Positions 48,432 to 58,240 of a DNA stretch of 64,000 nucleotides are shown here, in pieces. The DNA lies in assembly GCA_045633925.1 (NCBI GenBank), contig JAZQZG010000033.1, forward strand, positions 3,032-67,031. The letters are read 5' to 3'. Origin of the DNA: Eubacteriales bacterium (GTDB lineage: Bacteria; Bacillota; Clostridia; Oscillospirales; CAG-272). Both the position numbers and the translations under genes were made by a program. The notes beneath the pieces are model-generated. The model was not told where the DNA came from. It saw nothing but the letters and a program-made list of their open reading frames with translations, and made no database searches. Numbering within the stretch: position 1 is the first letter of the stretch; the number at the start of each line of letters is the position of its first letter.

Positions 48432-50732
48432 ATGAATTCATACGGATATTTCGTACAGGAAAAGGAATTTAAGATCACAGACCCCAAAACTCCCCGTCCT
48501 CAGCTTAACTACATCTGGAACTCAAGAGTTCTCTCGGGTGTAAACCAGAACGGCGGCGGTGTTGGCGCATACGGACAGCGTGCAATGGCGTATATAGATC
48601 CCGACGGAAAGGGAAGATGTACTGTAATTCGTGACGGTAACCGTTATTTTTACGTAAAGAATAAGGCTACGGGCACGGTGTTCAACCCCGGTCTTTATCC
48701 GACCCTTACTCCTATTGATAATTATTACTGCGTACATGGCTTGGGCTACAGCGAGATCCACGGTGAGTGCGAGGGCGTTGCGGCAACTATCCGTATGTAC
48801 GTAAACGATACCGACCCCTGCGAGATCTGGAAGGTTACTCTTGAGAACAAGGGAGCAGATAAGGCGGAGGTATCTCTCTATTCCTTTGCTGATTTCGAGC
48901 TTGTAGGATACCAGAGATACAGTGACTACAACTCCTACGTTCATGCAGAATATGATGAGGAAAACAACCTCATTATGTGCTTTAATAAGGCTATGGAGCG
49001 TCCTCACGAGTGGTTTAACGGCTTTATCGCATCCGATGTAAAGCCCACCGCATTTGAGACCTCACGCAAGGGATTCCTTGGCACCTATGGCTCTATCGTA
49101 GCTCCCGAGGCAATTAAGGCTGATAAGCTTGCTGATAACTTTGCGGCTTGCGAGCAGATGTCGGGCGTAATGCAGCACGATATAACTCTTGCAGCAGGCG
49201 AGACAAAGAGCCTCTATGTTATCATCGGTGATGCTGATGAGATGTCCACTGCGGCAGAGATCTGCAAGAAGCTCTTTGCAGGCAACAAGATAGAGGACGA
49301 TTACAACGCGCTCTTGGCTCTCAAGCAGAGCACCTCCTCCAGCATTTACGTAAGCACTCCCAACGAGAAGATCAACTGCCTTACCAACTACTGGCTTAAG
49401 CAGCAGGTACAGCTCTGTGCTGAGGTTGGACGTGATACCGGTAAGGGCTTCCGTGATCAGCTTCAGGATGCTTGGGCGGTAGCTTCCTTCAATCCTGCGC
49501 TTGCAAAGGAAAAGATTCTTGAGACTCTTACGTATATGTATAATGACGGACGCTGCGTTCGTGGTTGGCTCCCGCTTGACCACCACGTATATTCCGATGG
49601 ACCTACTTGGGTAGCTCCTACGATAAATGCATACATAAAGGAGACCGGTGATAAGGAATTCTTGTCTCATCCCGTAAAATATCTTGACGAGGGAGAGGAT
49701 ACCGTTTGGGAGCACATCTTGACGGCTATGAGATTTGCATCCGACGATATCGGCGAGCACGGACTTGTTCACTCCCGTGACGGAGACTGGAATGACTCTC
49801 TCAATATGACAGGACTTCTTGGCAAGGGTGAGTCGGTATGGACGTCTATCGCACTCTGCTATGCACTCAAGAACACTGCAGAGATGGCAGAGAAGATTCT
49901 TGGAGACATCGCAATACGTGACGAGATGCTCGAGCGCCGTGAGAGAATGATCAAGGCTATAAACGAGCAGGCTTGGGACGGTAACTGGTATCTTGCAGCT
50001 ATCAATGACTACAACGAGAAGGTTGGTAGCCACGAGGAGACCGAGGGAAGCATCTATCTTAACTCTCAGACCTGGGCAATTCTTGCAGAGGTTGCAGAGG
50101 GTGAGCGTGCAGAGCAGTGCATCGCATCGGTAGATAAGTATCTTGACAGCGATTATGGTCCTCTCACACTTTATCCCACTTATACGAAATTCAATAATAG
50201 AATAGGACGTCTTACAAGCTTTATTCCCGGTATCTGGGAGAACGGAACTCCTTACTGCCACGGCGGTACGTTTAAGGTAGTTGCAGACTGCTTGCTTGGT
50301 AGAGGTGACAAGGCGTACGAGACTATTATGAAGATAATGCCTAACAGTGAGACTAACCCCTCTACTCATTCGGGATGCGAGCCCTATGCTCTTACCAATA
50401 TGTATTTTGGTCCCGACAATCCTCAGAAGGGTAAGACTCTCTTCGCTTGGGTAACAGGTACTGCAGGCTGGATGTTCAGAGCAGTTGTTCAGTATATGCT
50501 CGGATTCCACCCCGATTACGAAGGCTTTACGCTTAATCCTTGTATTCCTTCCGATTGGAACGAGGTAACTCTTACCCGTAAGTTCAGAGGTGATATTTAC
50601 AATATCACTATCAAGAATGCTGATAAGAAGCAGAGCGGTGTTAAGAGTGTTACACTTGACGGCGTTGAGGTTGGCGCAAAGGTTAAGCTTGTTGGCGACG
50701 GCAAGACACACGAAATTGTTGTTACAATGTAA
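48432..50732 (+). CDS. GH94-like glycoside phosphorylase (cellobiose/chitobiose phosphorylase superfamily, (alpha/alpha)6 catalytic domain)
   Basis: Motifs ...GKGFRDQLQDAWA... and ...SRDGDWNDSLN... (the catalytic-Asp context of GH94 enzymes), ...GGTF...; 766 aa, cytoplasmic. Specificity unknown. Confidence 0.6.
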   Translation: MNSYGYFVQEKEFKITDPKTPRPQLNYIWNSRVLSGVNQNGGGVGAYGQRAMAYIDPDGKGRCTVIRDGNRYFYVKNKATGTVFNPGLYPTLTPIDNYYCVHGLGYSEIHGECEGVAATIRMYVNDTDPCEIWKVTLENKGADKAEVSLYSFADFELVGYQRYSDYNSYVHAEYDEENNLIMCFNKAMERPHEWFNGFIASDVKPTAFETSRKGFLGTYGSIVAPEAIKADKLADNFAACEQMSGVMQHDITLAAGETKSLYVIIGDADEMSTAAEICKKLFAGNKIEDDYNALLALKQSTSSSIYVSTPNEKINCLTNYWLKQQVQLCAEVGRDTGKGFRDQLQDAWAVASFNPALAKEKILETLTYMYNDGRCVRGWLPLDHHVYSDGPTWVAPTINAYIKETGDKEFLSHPVKYLDEGEDTVWEHILTAMRFASDDIGEHGLVHSRDGDWNDSLNMTGLLGKGESVWTSIALCYALKNTAEMAEKILGDIAIRDEMLERRERMIKAINEQAWDGNWYLAAINDYNEKVGSHEETEGSIYLNSQTWAILAEVAEGERAEQCIASVDKYLDSDYGPLTLYPTYTKFNNRIGRLTSFIPGIWENGTPYCHGGTFKVVADCLLGRGDKAYETIMKIMPNSETNPSTHSGCEPYALTNMYFGPDNPQKGKTLFAWVTGTAGWMFRAVVQYMLGFHPDYEGFTLNPCIPSDWNEVTLTRKFRGDIYNITIKNADKKQSGVKSVTLDGVEVGAKVKLVGDGKTHEIVVTM

Positions 50733-50745
50733 TTAAAAAATATAC

Positions 50746-50772
50746 AAAAAGCGGGGAAAATCCCGCTTTTTG
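50746..50772 (+). terminator. Intrinsic terminator
   Basis: Sequence aaaaagcgggg-aaaa-tcccgcttttt. Confidence 0.75.
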
Positions 50773-50816
50773 TGTTATAATAGTAGTAGAAAAGACTTTA
50801 AAAAGGAGGCATTTCT

Positions 50817-52427
50817 ATGAAAATAACCTTTTTGGGCGCAGCACACGAGGTCACGGGCTCGTGTACCTTACTCAGTGCTAACGGCAAAAATATACTCGTC
50901 GATTGCGGAATGGAGCAGGGCGCAGATATTTATGAAAATCAAGAGCTTCCTTGTCCTCCTGCGTATATAGATGCGATAATTCTTACTCACGCACATATAG
51001 ATCACTCGGGACTTGTGCCTCAAATGGTGGCAAGAGGATTTGATGGGCCTATTTATGCAACCGAGGCTACAACACGTCTTTGTGATATAATGCTTCGTGA
51101 TTCGGCTCATATCCAGGAGAGTGAGGCTGAGTGGAAGAATCGAAAGGCTGCAAGAGCAGGTGGGGGCGTTATACCTCCGCTTTATACGGTTGAGGATGCG
51201 GTTCGCTCTATGAAGTTCTTTAAGAGCTATTCATATAATAAGCCGGTGGAGATATTTGACGGAATAATTCTGCAATTTTGCGATGCGGGACATCTTTTGG
51301 GCTCTGCAAGCGTTCATATAACGGTAAGAGAGGGCGATGAGGAGAGAAGTGTTCTGTTCTCGGGAGACCTTGGAAACGTTGCAAGACCGCTTATCCGTGA
51401 TCCTCAGCCTCCAATTAATGCTGATTTTGTGGTTATAGAATCGACCTATGGAGATAGAATACACGGGGAGCGCCCCGATTATATAGGACAGCTCACAGAG
51501 ATCTTTCAGGAGACCTTTGATAAGGGCGGAAACGTGATAATTCCTTCTTTTGCGATAGGAAGAACGCAGGAGCTTTTGTATCTTATCCGCATAATTAAAG
51601 AGCAGGGGCTTGTGCACGGACACGGAAATTTTGCAGTTTACGTTGATTCTCCGCTGGCGGTTGAAGCAACACGTATATATCAGGACGGACTTTTCGGCTT
51701 TTACGATGCGGAGACTATTGAGCTTTTGAATAAGGGAATAAACCCCATAGATTTTTCGAATATACATTTGAGCGTGACATCGTCGGATTCTAAAAATATA
51801 AATCTTGATATGAATCCTAAGGTAATAATTTCCGCATCGGGAATGTGCGAGGCGGGAAGAATCAGACATCACCTGAAGCATAATCTTTGGCGTGAGGAAT
51901 GTACGGTTCTCTTCGTTGGCTATCAAGCGGAGGGAACTCTTGGAAGGAAGCTTGTTGACGGAGCAAACAGTGTATCGCTCTTTAACGAGGAGATAGCAGT
52001 AAATGCAAGAATTGCAACGGTAGTCGGAATCAGCGGACATGCCGATAGAGACATGATGCTTGATTGGCTCTCAAAGATGCCAACTCCTCCAAAGAGAGTT
52101 TTTGTGAATCACGGAGAGGATATGGTTTGCGACAGCTTCTCGCAGACAATCTATAATAAGCTTCAGATACCGTCCTGCGCACCATATAGCGGAGATGAAT
52201 ACGATCTTGTTTTAGAGGATTTCACGGCTCGTGGAAAGGTGACTAAGGTAAGCAAGGTGTCGGATGGCAGACGTAGAGCCAATATAGCTTTTGATAAGCT
52301 CTTGGCGGCGGGTAAACGACTTATGACTATAATCGGTCTTAGTAAGAATATGACTAACAAGGAGATGGCTAAGTTTACCGATCAGATCCACAATCTTTGC
52401 GATAAGTATTCAAAGAAGACAAAATAA
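50817..52427 (+). CDS. MBL-fold/beta-CASP metallo-hydrolase (CPSF/RNase J-like RNA-specificity family)
   Basis: Motif HAHIDHSG, beta-CASP middle region, ...GISGHADR... near the C-terminus; 536 aa. Confidence 0.8.
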   Translation: MKITFLGAAHEVTGSCTLLSANGKNILVDCGMEQGADIYENQELPCPPAYIDAIILTHAHIDHSGLVPQMVARGFDGPIYATEATTRLCDIMLRDSAHIQESEAEWKNRKAARAGGGVIPPLYTVEDAVRSMKFFKSYSYNKPVEIFDGIILQFCDAGHLLGSASVHITVREGDEERSVLFSGDLGNVARPLIRDPQPPINADFVVIESTYGDRIHGERPDYIGQLTEIFQETFDKGGNVIIPSFAIGRTQELLYLIRIIKEQGLVHGHGNFAVYVDSPLAVEATRIYQDGLFGFYDAETIELLNKGINPIDFSNIHLSVTSSDSKNINLDMNPKVIISASGMCEAGRIRHHLKHNLWREECTVLFVGYQAEGTLGRKLVDGANSVSLFNEEIAVNARIATVVGISGHADRDMMLDWLSKMPTPPKRVFVNHGEDMVCDSFSQTIYNKLQIPSCAPYSGDEYDLVLEDFTARGKVTKVSKVSDGRRRANIAFDKLLAAGKRLMTIIGLSKNMTNKEMAKFTDQIHNLCDKYSKKTK

Positions 52428-52429
52428 TA

Positions 52430-52473
52430 AAAGAACGCTCGACCTTTGCACTTAAGGTCGAGCGTGTTTTTTA
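52430..52473. terminator. Bidirectional intrinsic terminator
   Basis: 12-bp stem acgctcgacctt / aaggtcgagcgt, followed by a T6 run. Confidence 0.85.
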
Positions 52474-54210
52474 TTATTCAAATATATCGTTGTCTCTGAA
52501 CTGGAGCTGATAGAGAGATTTATACGTGCCGTCAGCGGCAATAAGCTCCTCGTGGGTTCCGCGCTCGGTGATCCTTCCGTCCATAACTACGGCAATTTCG
52601 TCTGCGTTGCGGATGGTGGAGAGTCTGTGAGCAACAACAAGAGTAGTTCTGCCCTTGCAGAGCTCGTCGAGAGACTGCTGAATGAGCACCTCTGTCGTGT
52701 TGTCAAGAGCGCTCGTTGCCTCGTCAAGAATAAGAATTGCAGGGTCTTTTAAGAATACGCGAGCAATGCTTATACGCTGCTTCTGACCGCCGGAGAGCTT
52801 AACTCCGCGCTCACCGATCTCGGTATCGTATCCGTGCTCAAGAGTCATTATGTAGTCGTGAATATTAGCCTTCTTTGCAGCTTCCATAATCTCCTCATCG
52901 GTAGCATCGGGCTTTCCGTAGATGATGTTATCCTTGATAGTTCCAACGAAAAGGAATACGTCCTGCTGAACTATACCGATGTTTCTGCGAAGAGAATCAA
53001 GAGTTATATCACGAATATCCGTGCCGTCAATGAGAATAGCTCCGCTGTCCTCACCGTCAAGCTTGTAGAAATTGGGAAGAAGGTGGCAAAGAGTGGTTTT
53101 TCCTCCGCCTGAGGGGCCGACAAGCGCTAATTTGCGTCCCTTTTCAAGCTTAAGATTTACGTTGTGGAGAACCTCCTTTGAGTCGCTGTACGAGTAGGTA
53201 ACGTTCTTGAATTCAATCTCGCCCTCAACGGACGTAAGCTCCTTTGCATCTGGTCTGTCACACTCGGGTTCCTCGTCCATAATCTCAACGAAGCGCTTGA
53301 ATCCGCTGACACCGTTCTGGAACTGCTCCATAAAGCTGATAAGTGTGTTTACGGGGCGGATAAAGAGGTTAACTGAGATAATAAAGGTGGAATAGTCTCC
53401 AAAGCTTATATCGCCGGCGTAGAGGAACATACCGCCTGCAATAAGTATGATTACGTTGAATACGTCGGTAACAAAGGATGTGGATGCAAAGAATTTTGCC
53501 ATTGCGCTGTATGCGCGGAAGGATGAGTCAACGAATTCCTCGTCACCCTTGCTGAACTTTTCAACCTCTTTTTTAGAGTTTGTGTAGGCCTTTGTAACAC
53601 GAATGCCGGTAACGCTGCTTTCAACCGATGCGTTTATGGTAGCTGTGCTCTTTCTGCGATCGTCAAAGGCATTTTTCATAGCTCTTCTGAAATATATCGT
53701 TACGATAATAAGAATCGGCACGCAGGCAAAAACGATAAGCGTGAGAATCCAGTTTATCGTCATAAGATAGGTGAACGAGAGGATGATCATAATCGAGCTT
53801 ATAAGCAGATTCTCGGGGCCGTGGTGGGCAAGCTCGCAGACCTCAAAAAGATCGCTCGTTATTCTCGTCATTATTCTTCCCGTTTCGTTGTTATCGTAAA
53901 ATTTATAGGGAAGCTTTTGGAGATGAGCAAAAAGATCCTGTCGCATCTGCGATTGCATTTTTACGCCGATGATGTGACCGTAGCACTGTACGAAATAGTT
54001 AAGGAGCATTCTCACTACGTAGAGTGCGAGAACGATAATACCTGCGATTATGATAGCTCGGTACATTTTGTTTGGAATGTAGTCGTTGAGCATCGTTCGC
54101 GTGATTATCGGATATGCCATACCCGTAACCGAGATAAGCAGAGCGGCTATCATATCCATGATAAGCAGCTTTTTGTGCGGCTTGTAGTAGCTTATAAAGC
54201 GTTTTAACAT
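52474..54210 (-). CDS. ABC exporter, fused permease/ATPase (MsbA/multidrug type)
   Basis: Six TM helices; Walker A GPSGGGKTT, signature LSGGQKQRISIARV, Walker B ILILDEATSALD; 578 aa. Confidence 0.85.
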   Translation of the reverse strand: MLKRFISYYKPHKKLLIMDMIAALLISVTGMAYPIITRTMLNDYIPNKMYRAIIIAGIIVLALYVVRMLLNYFVQCYGHIIGVKMQSQMRQDLFAHLQKLPYKFYDNNETGRIMTRITSDLFEVCELAHHGPENLLISSIMIILSFTYLMTINWILTLIVFACVPILIIVTIYFRRAMKNAFDDRRKSTATINASVESSVTGIRVTKAYTNSKKEVEKFSKGDEEFVDSSFRAYSAMAKFFASTSFVTDVFNVIILIAGGMFLYAGDISFGDYSTFIISVNLFIRPVNTLISFMEQFQNGVSGFKRFVEIMDEEPECDRPDAKELTSVEGEIEFKNVTYSYSDSKEVLHNVNLKLEKGRKLALVGPSGGGKTTLCHLLPNFYKLDGEDSGAILIDGTDIRDITLDSLRRNIGIVQQDVFLFVGTIKDNIIYGKPDATDEEIMEAAKKANIHDYIMTLEHGYDTEIGERGVKLSGGQKQRISIARVFLKDPAILILDEATSALDNTTEVLIQQSLDELCKGRTTLVVAHRLSTIRNADEIAVVMDGRITERGTHEELIAADGTYKSLYQLQFRDNDIFE

Positions 54211-54256
54211 TCTTTTTCTTCCTTTTCTTTGAAAAATATAAATTAAAAATTAATTT

Positions 54257-55612
54257 CTAAAATATTCTTCTCTTAGTGTCCTTAGGTAATCGTATAGTCC
54301 AGGCTTGCAGGCGCAGACGGTCGGACAAAAATCTGTCCTCAAGAGACTCTGCGTGTATCCAGCTGCCTTTATAGTTGAGATCGCGAAGCGCGGGGAATTC
54401 GTCAAGATCTATCTGCCACGGAGTAGAGACCTCAACGGTGTAGCTCTCAGCTCCGTCAAGAACGAATGAAAGTGTGGCAAAAAGGAGATCGCAGGGGCCG
54501 ATTTTCTTGCCATTTATGCAAAATTCGTGAGGCAAAAAGGTTTTTTCGTCGATGCTCTTTGCAAGGGAGATAGCCTCGTCCTTTGTAATCGTTGTCCCGA
54601 TCTCTGCGCAATATGGGGCAGAGAGAAATCCGTAGACTTCCTTGCAGACATGCATTTCTTTTCCAAGCAGAATATCTCTTGCCGCTAAGAATATGTCGGA
54701 AATACAGTAGGAGTCAGGGCAGGTGATAGGAAAGAAATCTTCCTTTAACTGCTCACGCAGAGCAAAAAGTGTCTTTCGGTCGATGATTCTGTCCTCAGTC
54801 GGCATTCGCTTCGCAAGGTCTGAATAGGTTATTATTTCAAAATCCTCGTCATCACGTAAAAGCTTTACGAGAGTGCGGAAATTTTCATAGAATCTTTCGG
54901 TATCGGCGGTATCGTGTATTTCGCTTTTTATCCAAGATTCTTTGGGTGTGTTTTTTCTGTTGAAATTATCCGCATCCCAGAAGGATTTGCATATCGATCT
55001 TTGCGGATGGTGGAAAAATACCATCGTGTGCTTGTTTCGAGCGTTTTTTTCTATAAAGCGCGAAAGCTCCTCTTTGCTGTCGGTAAAAAGGATTCTGTCA
55101 AGCGAGCGAGCATAGTGCAGAGAAACCGTATTGCAGCAATATACGGGGCGGTATTGAGCCTTGTCGTATATATCGTCGCCCGAGAAGAAATCAAAGCCCA
55201 TAGCGGCATAGCCGTAGTGCGCAACGTATGATGTGCAGTTGCCCGGAATACACGCGGCAGGGAGATGTTCACGAGAAAAGAATGACTTTACTTTTTCTAT
55301 GCCCAAAGTCTCGTCTTTGATAAATGCGTCAAGTGCTTCGTTGAAATCCTCTTTGTCGGTGTATTCGTTTATCGTTGGATGTATTGAGTGAGTGTTTGAA
55401 TGAAAATCTATCTCGTGCCATTCAAGATCTTGTATTATATCCTCACGTCCCCATTCAAGGAGTACGTCGGGTAAAAGCCCTATTATGTTGAAGCAGCCCT
55501 TGACACCCTCCTCACGAAGAATACGGGCGCAGCGGAGTATTCCGTCTGCGCCACGTTCGTTTACTATATCCTCGGTGTCAAAGCTGAAAATAACGTTAGT
55601 CATTGACGGCAT
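54257..55612 (-). CDS. Cytoplasmic protein with an N-terminal polysaccharide-deacetylase (CE4/NodB)-like region and an unknown C-terminal domain
   Basis: FSFDTED (motif-1-like) and HSNTHSIH (HxxxH, motif-2-like); no signal peptide. Start at ATG 55612 or 55603; either overlaps the end of the PAP2 gene. Confidence 0.4.
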   Translation of the reverse strand: MPSMTNVIFSFDTEDIVNERGADGILRCARILREEGVKGCFNIIGLLPDVLLEWGREDIIQDLEWHEIDFHSNTHSIHPTINEYTDKEDFNEALDAFIKDETLGIEKVKSFFSREHLPAACIPGNCTSYVAHYGYAAMGFDFFSGDDIYDKAQYRPVYCCNTVSLHYARSLDRILFTDSKEELSRFIEKNARNKHTMVFFHHPQRSICKSFWDADNFNRKNTPKESWIKSEIHDTADTERFYENFRTLVKLLRDDEDFEIITYSDLAKRMPTEDRIIDRKTLFALREQLKEDFFPITCPDSYCISDIFLAARDILLGKEMHVCKEVYGFLSAPYCAEIGTTITKDEAISLAKSIDEKTFLPHEFCINGKKIGPCDLLFATLSFVLDGAESYTVEVSTPWQIDLDEFPALRDLNYKGSWIHAESLEDRFLSDRLRLQAWTIRLPKDTKRRIF

Positions 55613-56276
55613 TTTCTGTTTTTTTCTTGCTGTTTATTATGGACAATCCAAAAAGGTAGAAGAACACAAGCGCGCCTGAGATGAGAGCTCCGGCAATTAT
55701 ATCGGAGAGCCAATGAACGCCTGATAAAATTCTGCCCACAAGGATCACTGCCATTATTGATGCGCAGAGCGCATCTGCAAGAATAAGAAGCTTTTTGCGA
55801 TTTTTCAAAAGCATATGAAGCTCGAATATTGCCGTAGTCATCACGCAGATCGCAAGCATCGTGTGAGTGGAGGGGTAGGATGCCTCAAGTCCCTCGTCGA
55901 GAATAACAGGTCTGTAGTTTACCTCAAATATCTCAAAGGCAACGTAGGCGGCAGCCACTGCAACGTAAAATGCCGCAAGAACGAAAAGGTGAGAATCTAT
56001 CTTGAAAATGCTTTTTCTCTTGATTGCCTGGAATATTCCGATAAAAGCAAATACAGCGGGAAGGGCGAAAGAGATATATCCTACCTTGCCGGAGATACTG
56101 TGCCAGGTCTCGCTGTAGCCAACAGCCTCAGCAAATCCGCCGTTCATGGACGAAAGACCTACCTTAGAGCCGAGAGGACCGATAGGCTTTACGTCTACTG
56201 TGGTCACTAATATGGTAAATATAAAAAATAAAGCTAAAAAACCTATTGCGAAGGTAAGCGCTGTTTTCTTTTTCAT
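55596..56276 (-). CDS. PAP2-family (type 2 phosphatidic acid / undecaprenyl-PP phosphatase-like) membrane protein
   Basis: Motifs ...SYPSTHT... and ...GRILSGVHWLSDIIAG...; 5-6 TM helices. Start at ATG 56276 after AAAGGA. Confidence 0.8.
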   Translation of the reverse strand: MKKKTALTFAIGFLALFFIFTILVTTVDVKPIGPLGSKVGLSSMNGGFAEAVGYSETWHSISGKVGYISFALPAVFAFIGIFQAIKRKSIFKIDSHLFVLAAFYVAVAAAYVAFEIFEVNYRPVILDEGLEASYPSTHTMLAICVMTTAIFELHMLLKNRKKLLILADALCASIMAVILVGRILSGVHWLSDIIAGALISGALVFFYLFGLSIINSKKKTENAVND

Positions 56277-56369
56277 TTTATTGGTCCTTTCTTTTTGTGC
56301 ATACTGTAATATTTTATCATATAATGGAAAATTAGTCAATAGAAACGCTAAATAACGCCATTAAAATTC

Positions 56370-56398
56370 TTGACATAATGCCGCTAAAATGTTAAAAT
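56370..56398 (+). promoter_or_regulatory. Sigma-A-type promoter for the GH2 gene
   Basis: TTGACA (56370-56375), 17-nt spacer, TAAAAT (56393-56398). Confidence 0.55.
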
Positions 56399-56429
56399 TA
56401 GATGTAACTCTTTTTTTTGAGGTGAAGCT

Positions 56430-58142
56430 ATGAAACAAACTAATACGAATATTCTTTATACTGCCGACGGAGAGAAGCTTTGCGGAATGCCGTGGAACGT
56501 TTATCCGCGTCCTCGACTTGTAAGAGATTCCTTTTTCTGCCTTAACGGAGAGTGGGATTTTGTTGCTACCGACGGTGAGAAATATAAAATCTTGGTTCCT
56601 TTTCCTCCGGAGTCGGCACTCTCAGGGGTCGGCAAGCGAATGGGTGAGCATCCGCATATAATATACAAAAAGACCTTCTCGCTCCCAGAGAGCTTTGTGC
56701 GTAGCAGAGTTATTCTTCACTTTGGCGCAGTCGATCAGATAGCAGTAGTCGAGCTTAATGGAAAGGTACTTGGCGGACACGTTGGAGGGTACGAGCATTT
56801 CTCCTTTGATATAACCGATGATTTGAAGGAGGAAAACGAGCTTAAGGTGACGGTTACGAATGCCGAGGATCCTATATCTCTTCCGTACGGAAAGCAGTGC
56901 GAGAAGAGAGGGGGAATGTGGTATACTCCTGTGAGTGGAATCTGGCAGACGGTTTGGATAGAGAGCGTTCCTGAAAAATATATAACCGAGCTTTCGGTTT
57001 GTGTAGAGGACGGTGTGGCAGAGATCGTGGCGTCCGGCGTCAGCATAGGCGAGATAACGCTTGATGCAAACGGAAATACACTTGTAGCACAGCTTGTTGA
57101 CGGAAAAGCAAGGGTTGAGCTTGGCAACGTCAGAGAATGGTCGCTCGAGGATCCGTATTTGTATCGCTATACAGTTAACGCCGAGGGCGATAGTGTAAGC
57201 TCATATTTTGCCGTGCGCAAGGTATCGATTGAAAACCGAGGCGGAAAGCAGGTTTTCTGTCTTAATTCAAAACCAATATTCTTACACGGACTTTTGGATC
57301 AAGGCTATTTTAGCGACGGAATATTCACGCCCGCAACGCCCGAGGAATATAAGAGAGATATCCTTTCTATGAAGGAATTGGGCTTTAATATGCTCAGAAA
57401 GCATATCAAGGTAGAGCCCGATATCTTCTACTATTACTGTGATCTTTACGGAATGACCGTTATGCAGGATATGATAAACAACGGTGATTATTCCTTTATT
57501 CGTGATACGGCTCTTCCGACTATCGGATTTAAGAAGAGAAATGATAAAAAACTGCACCGCGATCCTGCAACTCGCAAGGCGTTTGAGGAAGGAATGATAT
57601 CAACGGTAAATGCGCTGCGTGAGTATCCTTCGATTATTGCGTGGACTGTGTTTAACGAGGGTTGGGGACAGTTTTGCAGTGACGAGATGTTTGATAAAAT
57701 AAAGGCGCTTGATAATACTCGATTCGTTGATACGGTATCGGGATGGTTTTCGGGTGCGAGAAGCGACGTTGAGAGTCAGCATATCTATTTCAAGCCCGTA
57801 AAGGTAAAGAAGGAATATGATAAACCGTTATTCCTTTCCGAGTTTGGCGGATATTCCTGCAGAATAGAGGGACATATTTTCAATCCCGATAACGAATACG
57901 GATATAAGACCTTTAAGACTGCGGAGGAGTTTGAGGATGCCTTTGTTGCGCTTTATAAGAACGAGATAATTCCCGCAATAGAAAAGGGTCTTTGCGGAAC
58001 GGTTTATACTCAGGTGTCCGACGTAGAGGATGAAACGAACGGTCTGCTCACCTATGACAGACGTGTGTGCAAGGTAGATGCAAAGCGCATAAAGGCGCTT
58101 TCAGAGGAGCTTTATTCCGCTTTTGATGCTAAAACTAAGTGA
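56430..58142 (+). CDS. Glycoside hydrolase family 2 protein (beta-galactosidase/glucuronidase-like), cytoplasmic
   Basis: Sugar-binding N-terminal domain ...L.FGAVDQ.A.V.LNG..LG.H.GGY..F.FDIT.... TIM barrel ...NMLRKH... and acid/base context ...WTVFNEGWG...; 570 aa. Confidence 0.8.
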   Translation: MKQTNTNILYTADGEKLCGMPWNVYPRPRLVRDSFFCLNGEWDFVATDGEKYKILVPFPPESALSGVGKRMGEHPHIIYKKTFSLPESFVRSRVILHFGAVDQIAVVELNGKVLGGHVGGYEHFSFDITDDLKEENELKVTVTNAEDPISLPYGKQCEKRGGMWYTPVSGIWQTVWIESVPEKYITELSVCVEDGVAEIVASGVSIGEITLDANGNTLVAQLVDGKARVELGNVREWSLEDPYLYRYTVNAEGDSVSSYFAVRKVSIENRGGKQVFCLNSKPIFLHGLLDQGYFSDGIFTPATPEEYKRDILSMKELGFNMLRKHIKVEPDIFYYYCDLYGMTVMQDMINNGDYSFIRDTALPTIGFKKRNDKKLHRDPATRKAFEEGMISTVNALREYPSIIAWTVFNEGWGQFCSDEMFDKIKALDNTRFVDTVSGWFSGARSDVESQHIYFKPVKVKKEYDKPLFLSEFGGYSCRIEGHIFNPDNEYGYKTFKTAEEFEDAFVALYKNEIIPAIEKGLCGTVYTQVSDVEDETNGLLTYDRRVCKVDAKRIKALSEELYSAFDAKTK

Positions 58143-58240
58143 AAGATTTTTGTCGCATATTGACAAAATATCAATAATTTGATATCCTATTTAAGAAAGA
58201 TTTAATTTTTTATCGCTTTGATATTTGAAAGGTTTTTATA

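Noticed and set aside
49062-50711. 549-aa minus-strand ORF opposite the GH94-like gene
   Set aside because: It is a codon-aligned antisense shadow. It is embedded in a plus-strand operon bounded by a clear promoter and terminator.
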